Shown piece by piece: positions 26,976-36,425 of a DNA stretch of 64,000 nt. The stretch comes from an uncultured Anaerolineales bacterium. GTDB lineage: Bacteria > Chloroflexota > Anaerolineae > UBA7937 > JACPPX01. The first letter of the stretch is position 1. Each line of letters opens with the position of its first letter. Location: the NCBI GenBank assembly GCA_964348195.1, contig CAYGBX010000001.1, positions 15,148 to 79,147 on the forward strand, written 5' to 3'. A program made the translations under genes and the position numbers. A model generated the notes under the pieces. The model had not been told where the DNA came from and searched no databases. It saw only the letters and a program-made list of their open reading frames with translations.

Positions 26976-27973
26976 TGTCCTGGCTCCCAGCAATCGGGCT
27001 CGATGTCCGAGACGGTGTTGTGGGTTAGCTGCGTCAACCCGCTGCCGTCGATGTTCACGATGAAGATCTCGTAGTCTCCGTCGCGGTCCGAGGAGAACAC
27101 AAACCGGTCGCTTGCGCTGCACCAGCAGGGGTCGCTGTCCTCACCAGGGCTCACGATCAGAGGGCGCTGATTCGAGCCGTCTGCATCCATGATGAAGATA
27201 TCACCGCCCCCCTCTTCGCCGGAGAGACGATGCGAGTGAAAAAGGATCTTGCTCCCGTCGCGGGAGAAGGAGGGGTAGGCATCGAACCCGGGGCTGTGAG
27301 TAAGCCGGCGCACATTGCTGCCGTCGGGCTCCATCACGTAGATCTCCCAGTCCCCGTCGCGATTGGAGTAGAAGGCGATGGGACCGAGCGGTGACCAAGA
27401 CGGGAAGGCGTCGAGCGCCGGGTGGTTGGTGAGGTTCACCTGATTGGCTCCATCGGCGTCCACCCGGAAGATCTCCCAATCCTCGCCAACCCGGTAGAAG
27501 GCCAATTGGCTCCCGTCTGGCGACCAACTGGGCACATCCTCAAAGCCGGGGGTGTGCGTGAGATTGACCGTCTCCCCCGTCTCTGGATCCAGGGTTATCA
27601 CCTCCGACTCGCCTGCCACCACGGACTGGAAAGCCAGCTTGGTACCATCGGGGGACCACACCGGATAGCCCTCGAAGCCCGGCGACTCGGTGATCTGGAC
27701 CAAATCGGAGCCATCTTCATTCATCACATATATGTCGTGGACGCCGGAACGGTCCGATCCAAACGCGATTCGGGCGAGAGGCCGGGGAGTAGGAGTAGCC
27801 ACGACGGTAGGCGATGGTGAGGGCGTCAACGTCGGTGTTGGCGTAGGCGTGGTCGTCCGGGTGGGAGTCGGCTGCGGAACCAGCGTTTCCTCCGGCAGGG
27901 GGGTGCAGCCCACCACAAGCCACAAGGCAACAGCCCCCAGGGTCGGCCCAATGTTCACGATGTGAGTTCTCAC
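26972..27973 (-). CDS. Lipoprotein with PD40 (TolB-like) beta-propeller repeats
   Basis: 333 aa. LVVGCTP lipobox. Thr/Pro linker. Repeats YPVWSPDGTKLAFQS / DVPSWSPDGSQLAFYR / AFPSWSPLGPIAFYS / AYPSFSRDGSKILFHS. Confidence 0.7.
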   Translation of the reverse strand: MRTHIVNIGPTLGAVALWLVVGCTPLPEETLVPQPTPTRTTTPTPTPTLTPSPSPTVVATPTPRPLARIAFGSDRSGVHDIYVMNEDGSDLVQITESPGFEGYPVWSPDGTKLAFQSVVAGESEVITLDPETGETVNLTHTPGFEDVPSWSPDGSQLAFYRVGEDWEIFRVDADGANQVNLTNHPALDAFPSWSPLGPIAFYSNRDGDWEIYVMEPDGSNVRRLTHSPGFDAYPSFSRDGSKILFHSHRLSGEEGGGDIFIMDADGSNQRPLIVSPGEDSDPCWCSASDRFVFSSDRDGDYEIFIVNIDGSGLTQLTHNTVSDIEPDCWEPGH

Positions 27974-28842
27974 GGATTCTCCTCCTTTTCGGCCAGGATC
28001 GCGTCCAACCCATCCAATACGGCAAGAATCCCCTCCAGATTGCGCTCCAATTCCGGATCTACTTTGTCAGTAAGCTCGATGGTCGCCACCGCCACGCCGC
28101 GCTCGGCCAGGTAGTCTGTTAGATCCCCCGTCACTGGATAGGCGACGAAACCGGTCTCGGGCACCGGATAGCCCGTTGCAGCCCGCAGGGTCTCCACCAG
28201 ACGCAGGGTGGCCGGGCTCTTCTCGCAACCCCCAGCTAGCACGGCTCCCCACTGGCTGTGGTAGGAGACGACGACCTGGGCATCGGCCAGGAAGTCCCGG
28301 AGCGCCTGTGTCTCGGGTTCCGACCAGGGCTCCGACCCTCCGCCTCCGGGGATGATCCCTTCCGAGGTGTGGGTGTCCGGTTGCCAGCGGCTGTCGGGAC
28401 AAGGATCGTCTCGGGTGTCGGCGTTTCGGTTGAGGTCCACACCGCGGGCGTTGAGTCGCGTGTCAGATAGTAGCCCGTCAGGGTTTGCGGTTGGAACGAT
28501 CCAGAGGACGGCACCCTCCGGAACCACCTCGGGGCGGAGCCGGAAATGAGCCAGGACCCCCACCATCAGCCGGTAGGTGTTGGCTTCGGTGCCGCCGTGC
28601 ATGTTTCCTATCAGCACCACCTTCTGGGTTCCGACGCCGACGCGGTGGGCGGTGATCGGTCTGCCCTGGACCGATGTGCCGAGCACTACCTCCTCCAGCA
28701 GCGGCGTCGTGGGAGATGGATCATCATCCTGACGGGTGGCCGTCGCCGGCTCGGTGTCTCTTGGGGTGAGCGTCACAGGTTCCGCCTGGCAGGCTGCGCC
28801 GAGCGCCAGGAGCAAAAGGAACGAACCAAGCCGCCGCCTCAC
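27970..28842 (-). CDS. M14-family zinc carboxypeptidase (gamma-D-Glu-DAP peptidase-like), secreted
   Basis: 290 aa. Signal peptide. LIGNMHGGTEANT (HxxE zinc motif), WIVPTANPDG, GVDLNRN. C-terminal Zn ligand region present. Confidence 0.7.
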   Translation of the reverse strand: MRRRLGSFLLLLALGAACQAEPVTLTPRDTEPATATRQDDDPSPTTPLLEEVVLGTSVQGRPITAHRVGVGTQKVVLIGNMHGGTEANTYRLMVGVLAHFRLRPEVVPEGAVLWIVPTANPDGLLSDTRLNARGVDLNRNADTRDDPCPDSRWQPDTHTSEGIIPGGGGSEPWSEPETQALRDFLADAQVVVSYHSQWGAVLAGGCEKSPATLRLVETLRAATGYPVPETGFVAYPVTGDLTDYLAERGVAVATIELTDKVDPELERNLEGILAVLDGLDAILAEKEENP

Positions 28843-31040
28843 GGGTACACCTGGTGCACCACAGGCCGCCCATCCTCGTCTAGCAGGAGCCTGGGTTGGA
28901 CATCGTCGACAATGCGAACGGGGATCAGTTCCGCACGCAGAAGCTCCTCCCGCGAGAAGAAGACTCGCAACATCGCGCCCTCTCGTGCTCGCTCCAAGAT
29001 GTCGATGTCGAAGACGAAGTTGCCCAGGCCGTAGGCGATCAAGCCATCGAGGTAGGTCACTACCGGCTGGACCACATGGCTATGGTGTCCCACCACCAGC
29101 CGCGCCCCGGCCTCGACGGCGGCTCGGGCCACCGTCAACTGCTCGGAGTCGGGTGCTACCTGATACTCCGTGCCCAGGTGAAAGACCACGATGACATGGT
29201 CGGCCTCCTCCGCGGCCCCAGCCACATCCTGGCGGATCCGCGCTGTCTCTGCGAATGAGATCCGATCCAAGGTGGGTACCTCGTTCGAGCCTCGCCAGCG
29301 CAGGGCCGCGTAGTTGAGGAGTGCCAGCCTGACGCCCTGGACTTCGAGCGTGAGGACACGTCGCGCTTCCTCGGCGGTCGCTCCAGCTCCGACCCGGAGG
29401 AGGCCGAGGTCATCCACGTGGGCCAACGTGTCGAGGAACGCTTCAGCCCCGAAGTCGAGCATATGGTTGTTGGCCAGAGTGACCACGTCTAGCCCAGCGC
29501 CGATGAGGCCCGAAGCCAGATCGGGCGGAGCGCGGAAGAGGAATCGCTTCTCGATAGGGGCTCCTCGGAGAGACAGAGGGCATTCCAGATTAGCCACTGA
29601 CAGGTCCGCCGACTGGAGGTAGAGATGGGTTCGCAGGAATGGATAGCTGGGTCCGAAGCGGATCATTCTCTCCTCTACGGTGCGACACGGGAAGACATCC
29701 CCCACAACCAGGATCTCGGCCGCGGCCCCGTCCGGCGGTTCGGGGAGCGCTGCCATCTGCGGATCGTCGAGTGTCTTGGGGCCTGGTCTCGGTTCCACGA
29801 TCGGAGGGTCTGACGTGGAGTCCCACCCAAACGCGTACACCTCGCTTCCCGATCGCGCGATGATATCTCTCGTTCCGTCGCCGTCAAGATCGGAGACCAC
29901 CACACCGTGAACCCGCCCCTCCGTTCGGGCGATTCCCACAAGGCGGCCAAGTCGGTCGAGCACGCGCACCATTCCATCGTCGCTCCCGGCGAGAACCTCA
30001 CTCGTCCCGTCGCCGTCCAGATCTGCCAGCAAGAGCGACCAAACTGGACTCCCCACGGGGAACCGCCACAAGGTCGCTCCATCACCGTCCAAGCCGTAGA
30101 TCTCGCCCTCCTCATCTCCCGTGCCTACGACTATGGCTGGAGAATCGAGGCGGCTTTGGCCTGCCAGGACAGGGACGGTGCTGCCATAGCGTCCCAACCT
30201 CCGTTCGGAGCCGTCGAGCGACAGGGCGCGCACCCTGCCTTCCCCGTCTCCTACCAGCAGCTCCGCTCCCCCCTCATCCACAGCCTCGCGCACGGCGACG
30301 GCCGCCCCAGGCTGCGACCAGAGCCGGTCTCCCGACGCGGAGAGGACGTGCACGTCCCCGCTCGCGGTGGCCGCCAGGATCTCTGAGCCTGGAGTTCCGT
30401 CCACATCCCCCACGCCCATACCTTGCACTGCCGATCCCAAGGAAGTCTCGAAGGAAGGGGTCCCGTCTATGTCGAATCCATAGAGGTTCCCGTCCCACGA
30501 TCCAGCCATCACGAGGGACTCGTATGTACCGCGCTCGGAGACGCTGACCCAGGCCACACGACTCCCCGTGGCCCGCGACCACAGCAGCCGTCCGTCTCCC
30601 CCAAGGAGGTAGAGACGGTTGTCGTCCGACCCCGCCGCGACCTCAGCTCTTCCATCCCCATCGAGATCGGCCGCCCCCACACTGTAGACACCCGCGGTAG
30701 CAGAGAACCGCCAGAGAAGTCCACCGGTCCCGCCTAGGGCGTAAACCCCCTTGTCCTGGGATCCCGCCACGATCTCGTGAGTCCCATCGCCATCCAGGTC
30801 GGCAGCCGCCACGTCCCACATGGTCTCGAGCGCAGCATGCCGCCACACCTCCCGCAGGGAGAGGTAGCGCGGTTCGGGAGGGGTAGAGGTCGGCGCGGGA
30901 ACAGCGGTCGAGGCGGGAAGGGAGGTTGGGGACGGGCGCTCCTGGGTGGCGACGTCCGGGAATGGAGTGGATCGGCACCCCGAAAGCAACCCCCATGCCG
31001 CCAGGCATACGGGCACCAGGGTGCGGGGGTCAATCGACAA
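28839..31040 (-). CDS. Lipoprotein with FG-GAP/VCBS-type beta-propeller repeats fused to CapA (PGA_cap) metallophosphoesterase domain
   Basis: 733 aa. LSGC lipobox. Repeats DLDGDGTHEIVAGSQD / DLDGDGRAEVAAGSDD / DLDGDGTSEVLAGSDD / DLDGDGTRDIIARSG. C-terminal VVGDVFPC...LANNHMLDFG...VVFHLGTEYQ...VVGHHSHVVQ...GLGNFVFD. Confidence 0.7.
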   Translation of the reverse strand: MSIDPRTLVPVCLAAWGLLSGCRSTPFPDVATQERPSPTSLPASTAVPAPTSTPPEPRYLSLREVWRHAALETMWDVAAADLDGDGTHEIVAGSQDKGVYALGGTGGLLWRFSATAGVYSVGAADLDGDGRAEVAAGSDDNRLYLLGGDGRLLWSRATGSRVAWVSVSERGTYESLVMAGSWDGNLYGFDIDGTPSFETSLGSAVQGMGVGDVDGTPGSEILAATASGDVHVLSASGDRLWSQPGAAVAVREAVDEGGAELLVGDGEGRVRALSLDGSERRLGRYGSTVPVLAGQSRLDSPAIVVGTGDEEGEIYGLDGDGATLWRFPVGSPVWSLLLADLDGDGTSEVLAGSDDGMVRVLDRLGRLVGIARTEGRVHGVVVSDLDGDGTRDIIARSGSEVYAFGWDSTSDPPIVEPRPGPKTLDDPQMAALPEPPDGAAAEILVVGDVFPCRTVEERMIRFGPSYPFLRTHLYLQSADLSVANLECPLSLRGAPIEKRFLFRAPPDLASGLIGAGLDVVTLANNHMLDFGAEAFLDTLAHVDDLGLLRVGAGATAEEARRVLTLEVQGVRLALLNYAALRWRGSNEVPTLDRISFAETARIRQDVAGAAEEADHVIVVFHLGTEYQVAPDSEQLTVARAAVEAGARLVVGHHSHVVQPVVTYLDGLIAYGLGNFVFDIDILERAREGAMLRVFFSREELLRAELIPVRIVDDVQPRLLLDEDGRPVVHQVYP

Positions 31041-31938
31041 CGCTGCGACCGACCTCGCGGAAGAAGTTCCGGAAGAGTGTCTCCTGGGCCTCGCTGTAGA
31101 CCTGGTATCCGAGCTGGATCATGGCATCGAGATCCCCGCCCTGAGGTGCCAGCCGACCTGATCGCGACAGGATCTCCTCCGCTAGGCTGGGCCGGATTTC
31201 AGGATGGAACTGCACCCCCCAGACCGGCAGTTCGCGATAGCGGAAGGCCTGGATGGGAGCGACTGGGGAGCCAGCCAGTCGAACCGCTCCTTCGGGAAGT
31301 CGCACCACCTGGTCCACGTGGTACTGAAAGACGAAGAACTCCGACGAGACTCCCTCAAACAGAGGGTCATTCTCCCCCTCCGGGGTGAGATTCACGGGCA
31401 GCCAGCCGACCTCGGCCTGGTCACCGCGCACTACCTCCCCACCCAGGTAGTGGGCGAGTAGCTGCTCTCCCAGGCAGAGTCCCAGAAATCCCCTTCCCGC
31501 GGCCAAGGCCTCGAGTACGTAGTCTCTCTCCGCCTGCAGGAAGGGGTAGCGGGGATCGTCAAACTCCTCGGGCGACATCGGACCCCCGGAGGAGATGATG
31601 GCGTCGTACCCCTGCCAAGGGGGAAGGGGCTCGCCCTCGTACACCTTGATCAGATCGAACTCGATCCCATTCTGCTGCAGGAAGTAGTCCACACCAGCCG
31701 CTCGCAAGGGCGCGTGCTCGATGACGATCATCCGGAGGGGTCGTGACGGCGCCACGGTGGGAACAGGGTTGGAGGTTGCCGGCGGTGCGGGGCTCGCCTC
31801 CGCGGCGTCCCCTGCCGGAGGCGGGACGCTCTCAGGAGGATCGGGCGCCTCGGCGGCTTGGCCGCAGGCCACAAGGAGGACTGCCAGCGCCAGAGCGGGT
31901 ACCCGACTGCCGAGATAGGCGACGAAGGGCACCTTCAA
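31030..31938 (-). CDS. Lipoprotein class I glutamine amidotransferase-like (GATase1) protein
   Basis: 302 aa. LVACGQ lipobox. GLCLGEQLL (nucleophile Cys elbow), FQYHVDQV, VQFHPE. Confidence 0.65.
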   Translation of the reverse strand: MKVPFVAYLGSRVPALALAVLLVACGQAAEAPDPPESVPPPAGDAAEASPAPPATSNPVPTVAPSRPLRMIVIEHAPLRAAGVDYFLQQNGIEFDLIKVYEGEPLPPWQGYDAIISSGGPMSPEEFDDPRYPFLQAERDYVLEALAAGRGFLGLCLGEQLLAHYLGGEVVRGDQAEVGWLPVNLTPEGENDPLFEGVSSEFFVFQYHVDQVVRLPEGAVRLAGSPVAPIQAFRYRELPVWGVQFHPEIRPSLAEEILSRSGRLAPQGGDLDAMIQLGYQVYSEAQETLFRNFFREVGRSVVD

Positions 31939-32429
31939 GGCCAGAGAAGGTTCACTGCAAGAAACGCCGCAGTTCCAAGGGCAAGAGAGAGTACCACTCC
32001 GACCGCGAGCAGTCGAAGACTGGAGGGCCCTCCGTCGGGCTCCGGGCTTGCCTCCGTCCTTCCTTGATCCTCTCCGTCGAGCGGGAGGGGCATTTGAGAC
32101 GCCGTGGCGGATCGTAGGACCCGCTCTAGTCGCGCCGTCTCAGGCCACTCGTAGCCAACCTCCGACCGATAGATAGACACGGAATTTCGGGGGTTGAGTC
32201 CAAGGTGACGGGAGTAGACCCGCAGGTAGCTCATCGCCTCCGCCTCGTTCAGAAACCGGCCGTACTCGTCACCCTCCAGGGCCTTGCTGTAGGATTCTTC
32301 TATCCCCGAGGCCTCCTGTATCTGCTGATGGCTGAGGCCCATTCCTTCCCGGGCCTCTCGCAGCATCCGACCCAACCGTCCCATCCGTCGCCTCGGCGGG
32401 ATTCTATCCGCTCCCAGGAGGCACTTCAA
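31935..32429 (-). CDS. HTH (XRE-type) membrane protein, RodZ-like topology
   Basis: N-terminal HTH (MGRLGRMLREAREGMGLSHQQIQEASGIEESYSKALE), C-terminal TM (LRLLAVGVVLSLALGTAAFLAV). Likely start is Met16 (32384). Confidence 0.55.
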   Translation of the reverse strand: MKCLLGADRIPPRRRMGRLGRMLREAREGMGLSHQQIQEASGIEESYSKALEGDEYGRFLNEAEAMSYLRVYSRHLGLNPRNSVSIYRSEVGYEWPETARLERVLRSATASQMPLPLDGEDQGRTEASPEPDGGPSSLRLLAVGVVLSLALGTAAFLAVNLLWP

Positions 32430-32551
32430 ACATCCGGATCGGGAACCGCTGACCGGGTCCGCTCCCCGTATTCAAGGACAGTCCGACTCGCCTCGAGCGC
32501 GATCGCTTCTTCCACCCAGAACCAACCCCTATAATCGAAGCCCGATACCCA

Positions 32552-34243
32552 ATGCCCACTGCCTTCTCGAAAGTCTCTCGGCTGGGAGAGGCGCTGGAGG
32601 CCACCCGAAAGAGGCGAGAACTCGCCTCGCTGATCGCGTCGTACCTACAGCGCTTGGAGCCGGATGAGATCGGACCCGGGGTGCGGCTGGTCCTGGGGCA
32701 GATCTTCCCCGAATGGGACGGGCGAAGCCTCAACCTATCGTGGAGTGCCGTGGGCCGGACTCTGTCCGAATTGACCGAGGGCAAGGTGGCCGATCCCCGC
32801 GCCGCAGCAACGGAGGCGGTCGACGCTGGAGAGGTGGCCCTGCTCCTCCTCCAAGCAGCGGACCACAAACCTCGTCGACCCGTCCTGAAGCTACTGGATG
32901 TGTATCGGGGCTTCGAGGAGATTGCAGAGACGTCGGGCAGAGGCTCCCGGGCCAGAAAGGACGAGCTGCTTCGGGCCTTGCTCGAGCGCGCCACGCCCCA
33001 ACAGGCGAAGTACCTGGTGAAGAACGTCCTGGGGGAGATGCGGCACGGCGCCTCTGAGGGAATGATGGTCGAGGCCATCGCCCAGGCAGCCGGCCTCCCC
33101 GCAACGAAGGTCCGCCGTGCCAACCAGCTGACGGGCGATATCGGTCGGGTGGCCGAGATCGCCCTCCTGGAAGGGAAAGAGGGGCTCGCGGCGGTCCGGC
33201 CTCAGCTGTTTCGTCCCCTCAAGCCAATGCTGGCCCAGACCGCGGACTCCGTCCAGGACGCCCTAGAAGAGCACGGTGGAGAGACGGCGCTGGAGCACAA
33301 GTTGGACGGAGCCCGCGTCCAAATTCATATGGAGCGCAAGGGGAGGAAGGAAGATCGGGTCCGGATCTACTCGCGCCGACTAAGTGACGTCACGGACAGC
33401 CTGCCGGATGTGGCCGAGGACGTCAGGACGGGTCTCCGGGCGGACAAGGCCATCGTAGAGGGCGAAGTGATTGCGATTGATCGAAAGGGGCGGCCGCTTC
33501 CCTTTCAGGACCTCATGCGCCGGTTCCGCCGGGTTCACGACATCGAGTCGGCGTCGGAGGAAGTTCCGGTTCGACTCCTGCTCTTCGACGCCCTGTACCG
33601 CGACGGCGAGAGCCTCGTGGACGAGAAATACATGGCCAGGTGGGACGCACTGAAAGCCATGGCCCGGGATCTGGGGACCGTCGCGCGGGAGGTGGTCTCA
33701 GACGCGGGGACCGGCGAGGCGTTTGCAGAGACTGCGTATCGATCGGGCCACGAAGGGGTGATGGCCAAACGCCTCGACAGTGCCTACACGCCCGGCGTAC
33801 GTGGCAAGGCCTGGTTCAAGATCAAGCGGACCGAGTCCCTGGATCTGGTGATCGTGGCAGCGGATTGGGGGTACGGGCGGAGGCACGGCTGGCTGTCCAA
33901 CTACCACCTGGCCGCACGAGACAGCCGTTCGGGTGAATTCCTGGAGGTGGGGAAGACGTTCAAGGGACTGACCGACGTCGAGTTTCAGGATATGACTGAT
34001 CGGCTGCTCAAGCTGGAGCGGAATCGCTCCCGCGGTACGGTCTGGGTTGAACCACGTACAGTCGTGGAAGTCGCCTTCAACGAGATCCAGAAGAGTGCCC
34101 AGTATACAAGTGGGCTGGCACTACGCTTCGCCCGCATCACCCGCATTCGGGACGACAAGAGCCCCGGCCAAGCGGAAACAATCCAGACCCTGCGTCGGCT
34201 GTACGAGAAGCAGTTCCGCACCAAGGGTCGGCCAGCCGGCTGA
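32552..34243 (+). CDS. ATP-dependent DNA ligase (Lig1/LigB-type)
   Basis: 563 aa. Adenylation motif I EHKLDGARVQIH, EGVMAK, motif VIEGEVIAIDRKGRPLPFQDL. OB-fold C-terminal. TATAAT at 32530-32535, ~17 nt before the ATG. Confidence 0.85.
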   Translation: MPTAFSKVSRLGEALEATRKRRELASLIASYLQRLEPDEIGPGVRLVLGQIFPEWDGRSLNLSWSAVGRTLSELTEGKVADPRAAATEAVDAGEVALLLLQAADHKPRRPVLKLLDVYRGFEEIAETSGRGSRARKDELLRALLERATPQQAKYLVKNVLGEMRHGASEGMMVEAIAQAAGLPATKVRRANQLTGDIGRVAEIALLEGKEGLAAVRPQLFRPLKPMLAQTADSVQDALEEHGGETALEHKLDGARVQIHMERKGRKEDRVRIYSRRLSDVTDSLPDVAEDVRTGLRADKAIVEGEVIAIDRKGRPLPFQDLMRRFRRVHDIESASEEVPVRLLLFDALYRDGESLVDEKYMARWDALKAMARDLGTVAREVVSDAGTGEAFAETAYRSGHEGVMAKRLDSAYTPGVRGKAWFKIKRTESLDLVIVAADWGYGRRHGWLSNYHLAARDSRSGEFLEVGKTFKGLTDVEFQDMTDRLLKLERNRSRGTVWVEPRTVVEVAFNEIQKSAQYTSGLALRFARITRIRDDKSPGQAETIQTLRRLYEKQFRTKGRPAG

Positions 34244-34273
34244 CCGTCGTTCGAAGTGAGGCCCGAAGGCCGC

Positions 34274-34296
34274 GGCCCCGGCACGCGGCCGGGGCC
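34274..34296. terminator. GC-rich hairpin between convergent ligase and ACT genes (bidirectional terminator candidate)
   Basis: GGCCCCGGC-acgc-GCCGGGGCC, a 9-bp perfect stem. No clear U-tract. Confidence 0.35.
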
Positions 34297-34321
34297 AAGC
34301 GTCCTCCGGAAGATCAGCCCG

Positions 34322-34705
34322 TCAGAGCAGAGCCTTGGCTTCCTCCAACTTGTCGACGCCGATGGCAACCTGCGCCTTGCCGCCCTCACTGCCCAGGAGG
34401 AACCCGGAGTCTATGTTGATGCCGGCGTCCGCCATCTTCCGCGCGAACCGACCTATCTCTCCTGGCCGATCGTCGAGGGAAACCTCCAGAATCTCCCGGT
34501 CGGTGTAGGAGAACCCCGCGTCCGCGAGAGCCGAACGGGTGGCGTCATCGTTGTCCGTGACCAGCTTGAGGTGCCCTTTGCCCTCGACTGCGAACCCGGC
34601 CAGGGATCGGATGTTCACTCCGGCCCCGCCGAGAGCCTCCCCCAGATCGGCCAGCGTACCAGGCCGGTCCTCAAGCATGACCGTGAACTCGGTTGTCATC
34701 TCCAT
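34322..34705 (-). CDS. Tandem ACT-domain protein
   Basis: EFTVMLEDRPGTLADLGEALGGAGVNI and ILEVSLDDRPGEIGRFARKMADAGINI. Start taken at the Met preceded by SD AAGGGGGG. The ORF track extends it to 34771. Confidence 0.7.
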   Translation of the reverse strand: MEMTTEFTVMLEDRPGTLADLGEALGGAGVNIRSLAGFAVEGKGHLKLVTDNDDATRSALADAGFSYTDREILEVSLDDRPGEIGRFARKMADAGINIDSGFLLGSEGGKAQVAIGVDKLEEAKALL

Positions 34706-34801
34706 CCCCCCTTCTTCAGCCTTGCCAGTGTAGCCAGGCAGATCCAGCGCTGTCAAAAGCCCGTTCGCCACATGGGGTTGGATTGGATCTTAACGCGCCG
34801 G

Positions 34802-34831
34802 TTGGGCAGTCGGCCGGGTCTCGAGTATAAT
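34802..34831 (+). promoter_or_regulatory. Sigma-70-like promoter for cupredoxin gene
   Basis: TTGGGC-18 nt-TATAAT (34826-34831). SD GGAGGG 7 nt before the ATG at 34870. Confidence 0.45.
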
Positions 34832-34869
34832 CGGCGCCAATTTCGGCCCGAGCAGGAGGGAAGGATTCC

Positions 34870-35238
34870 ATGAATTGGAGAGTTCTAGGATTGGCCGCTT
34901 TGGCGGTCCTGGCGTTGGCGCTGGTGGGCTGCGGCGGGGGAGACACAGGCCCGGCGGGCGTCACGCTTACCGTCGACGGGACGGAGTTCTCGTTTGATCC
35001 AGAGCAGGTCACGGTGGAATCAGGGCAGGCGGCCACCGTCAACTTCACGAACAGCGGCTCCCTCGAGCACAACTGGGTAGTCGTCGGCGCCGACGACCCG
35101 ATCAACACTGGGTTGGTGGGTGCGGGCAGCGAAGGAAGCGTTACCTTCACCATCGACGAGCCCGGGGAATACACGATCGTCTGCGATGTGCCGGGCCACC
35201 GCGAGGCCGGCATGGAAGGGACCCTGATCGTCGAGTAG
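34870..35238 (+). CDS. Lipoprotein type-1 copper protein (cupredoxin; plastocyanin/amicyanin-like)
   Basis: 122 aa. LVGCGGG lipobox. Copper ligands His (SLEHNW), Cys-x2-Pro-Gly-His (VCDVPGH), Met (EAGMEG). Confidence 0.8.
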   Translation: MNWRVLGLAALAVLALALVGCGGGDTGPAGVTLTVDGTEFSFDPEQVTVESGQAATVNFTNSGSLEHNWVVVGADDPINTGLVGAGSEGSVTFTIDEPGEYTIVCDVPGHREAGMEGTLIVE

Positions 35239-35261
35239 GCAGGACAACGCTTTCCACAGCT

Positions 35262-35283
35262 GAGGGGGCCGATCGGCCCCCTC
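35262..35283. terminator. Perfect 22-bp palindrome (11-bp stem) followed by T-rich tract; intrinsic terminator candidate
   Basis: GAGGGGGCCGA|TCGGCCCCCTC, then TCTTGTTGG. Confidence 0.5.
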
Positions 35284-35382
35284 TCTTGTTGGCCATTGAG
35301 TCTTCTCCGCCAGAATATCCATCAACATGGAAGGAGATCGGCCCCCCACGCTAGACCCGCCCCGCCGTAGGTCCGGGCTATA

Positions 35383-36327
35383 ATGGTCGCCATGAAGTCT
35401 GATGCCAGCTCCCTCCTTCCGGAGGAATTGCCCGCTGGCCACCGATCCGGCTTCGTAGCCGTTCTGGGCGCTCCCAATGTGGGGAAGTCAACCCTGGTGA
35501 ACCGGCTGGTAGGCCAGAAAGTGTCCATCGTCTCTGAGAAGCCGCAGACCACGCGGAGGCGATTGCGCGGGATTCACACCCGTCCAGACGCGCAAGCCAT
35601 ATTCGTAGACACGCCGGGATTCCACGAACCGAAGAACGCGCTAGGGGAATACATGGTCGAGGTGGCTCGGCGGACGGCATCGGATGTAGATCTGGTTCTC
35701 TTCGTCGTCGATGTGTCCCAACGGCCTAGCCAAGACGATCGGCTGCTCGCGAGGCTGCTGATGAGGAACGAGACGCCACCCATTATCCAGGTCCTCAACA
35801 AGGTTGACCTGTTGGCGCCCAATCAAACAGAGGAGGTCACTGAAGCCTATCGGGCGCTGGTTGACGCCGATGCGTGGGTTCTGACTTCCGCGACGCGGGG
35901 CGACCATCTCGATCTCCTCCTGGAGATGGTTCTGGAGCGGCTTCCCGCTGGGCCCCGCTACTTTCCCGAGGATCAGGTCAGCGACCAGGAGATTCGCTTT
36001 CTGGTCGGGGAGCTCATCCGAGAGCGCGCCCTTGCTGTGTTGCGTCAGGAGGTTCCTCACGGGGTGGCCGTGGTGGTCGAGGAGTGGACAGACCGGACAG
36101 AGGACCTGACCTACATCGAGACCGTTCTGTATGTGGAGAAGGAAAGCCACAAGGGAATCGTCTTGGGTGAGGGGGGAAGGACCATCAAGAGGATTGGCTC
36201 CGAGGCGCGGCGCGAGATTGAGGCTCTTCTGGGCCACCAGGTCTACCTTGATCTGAGGGTCAAGGTGGCGCCGCGCTGGCGCCGTGACTCGGCGGTTCTG
36301 CAGCGATTCGGCTACGCATCGCCCTGA
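35383..36327 (+). CDS. era: GTPase Era
   Basis: G1 AVLGAPNVGKSTL, G2/TTR KPQTTRRR, G3 DTPG, NKVD. C-terminal KH domain. Confidence 0.9.
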   Translation: MVAMKSDASSLLPEELPAGHRSGFVAVLGAPNVGKSTLVNRLVGQKVSIVSEKPQTTRRRLRGIHTRPDAQAIFVDTPGFHEPKNALGEYMVEVARRTASDVDLVLFVVDVSQRPSQDDRLLARLLMRNETPPIIQVLNKVDLLAPNQTEEVTEAYRALVDADAWVLTSATRGDHLDLLLEMVLERLPAGPRYFPEDQVSDQEIRFLVGELIRERALAVLRQEVPHGVAVVVEEWTDRTEDLTYIETVLYVEKESHKGIVLGEGGRTIKRIGSEARREIEALLGHQVYLDLRVKVAPRWRRDSAVLQRFGYASP

Positions 36328-36341
36328 GGCGGCGCCCGGCT

Positions 36342-36370
36342 TTGACCGCGTCCCAGCCGCTGGCTAGAAT
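36342..36370 (+). promoter_or_regulatory. Sigma-70-like promoter for sdh operon
   Basis: TTGACC-17 nt-TAGAAT. ~55 nt upstream of the sdhC ATG. Confidence 0.5.
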
Positions 36371-36425
36371 GCCCACCGCACGACCAGTCGGGCAGGCAAA
36401 GACAGGGGGAGCGCTCACCTAGAAG

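Noticed and set aside
26976-27122. ATG start at 27122 for the M23 peptidase gene
   Set aside because: It would overlap the upstream PD40 gene by 150 nt and add a non-signal-like N-terminus. TTG at 26975 gives a canonical lipoprotein signal peptide and a TTGA stop/start overlap.
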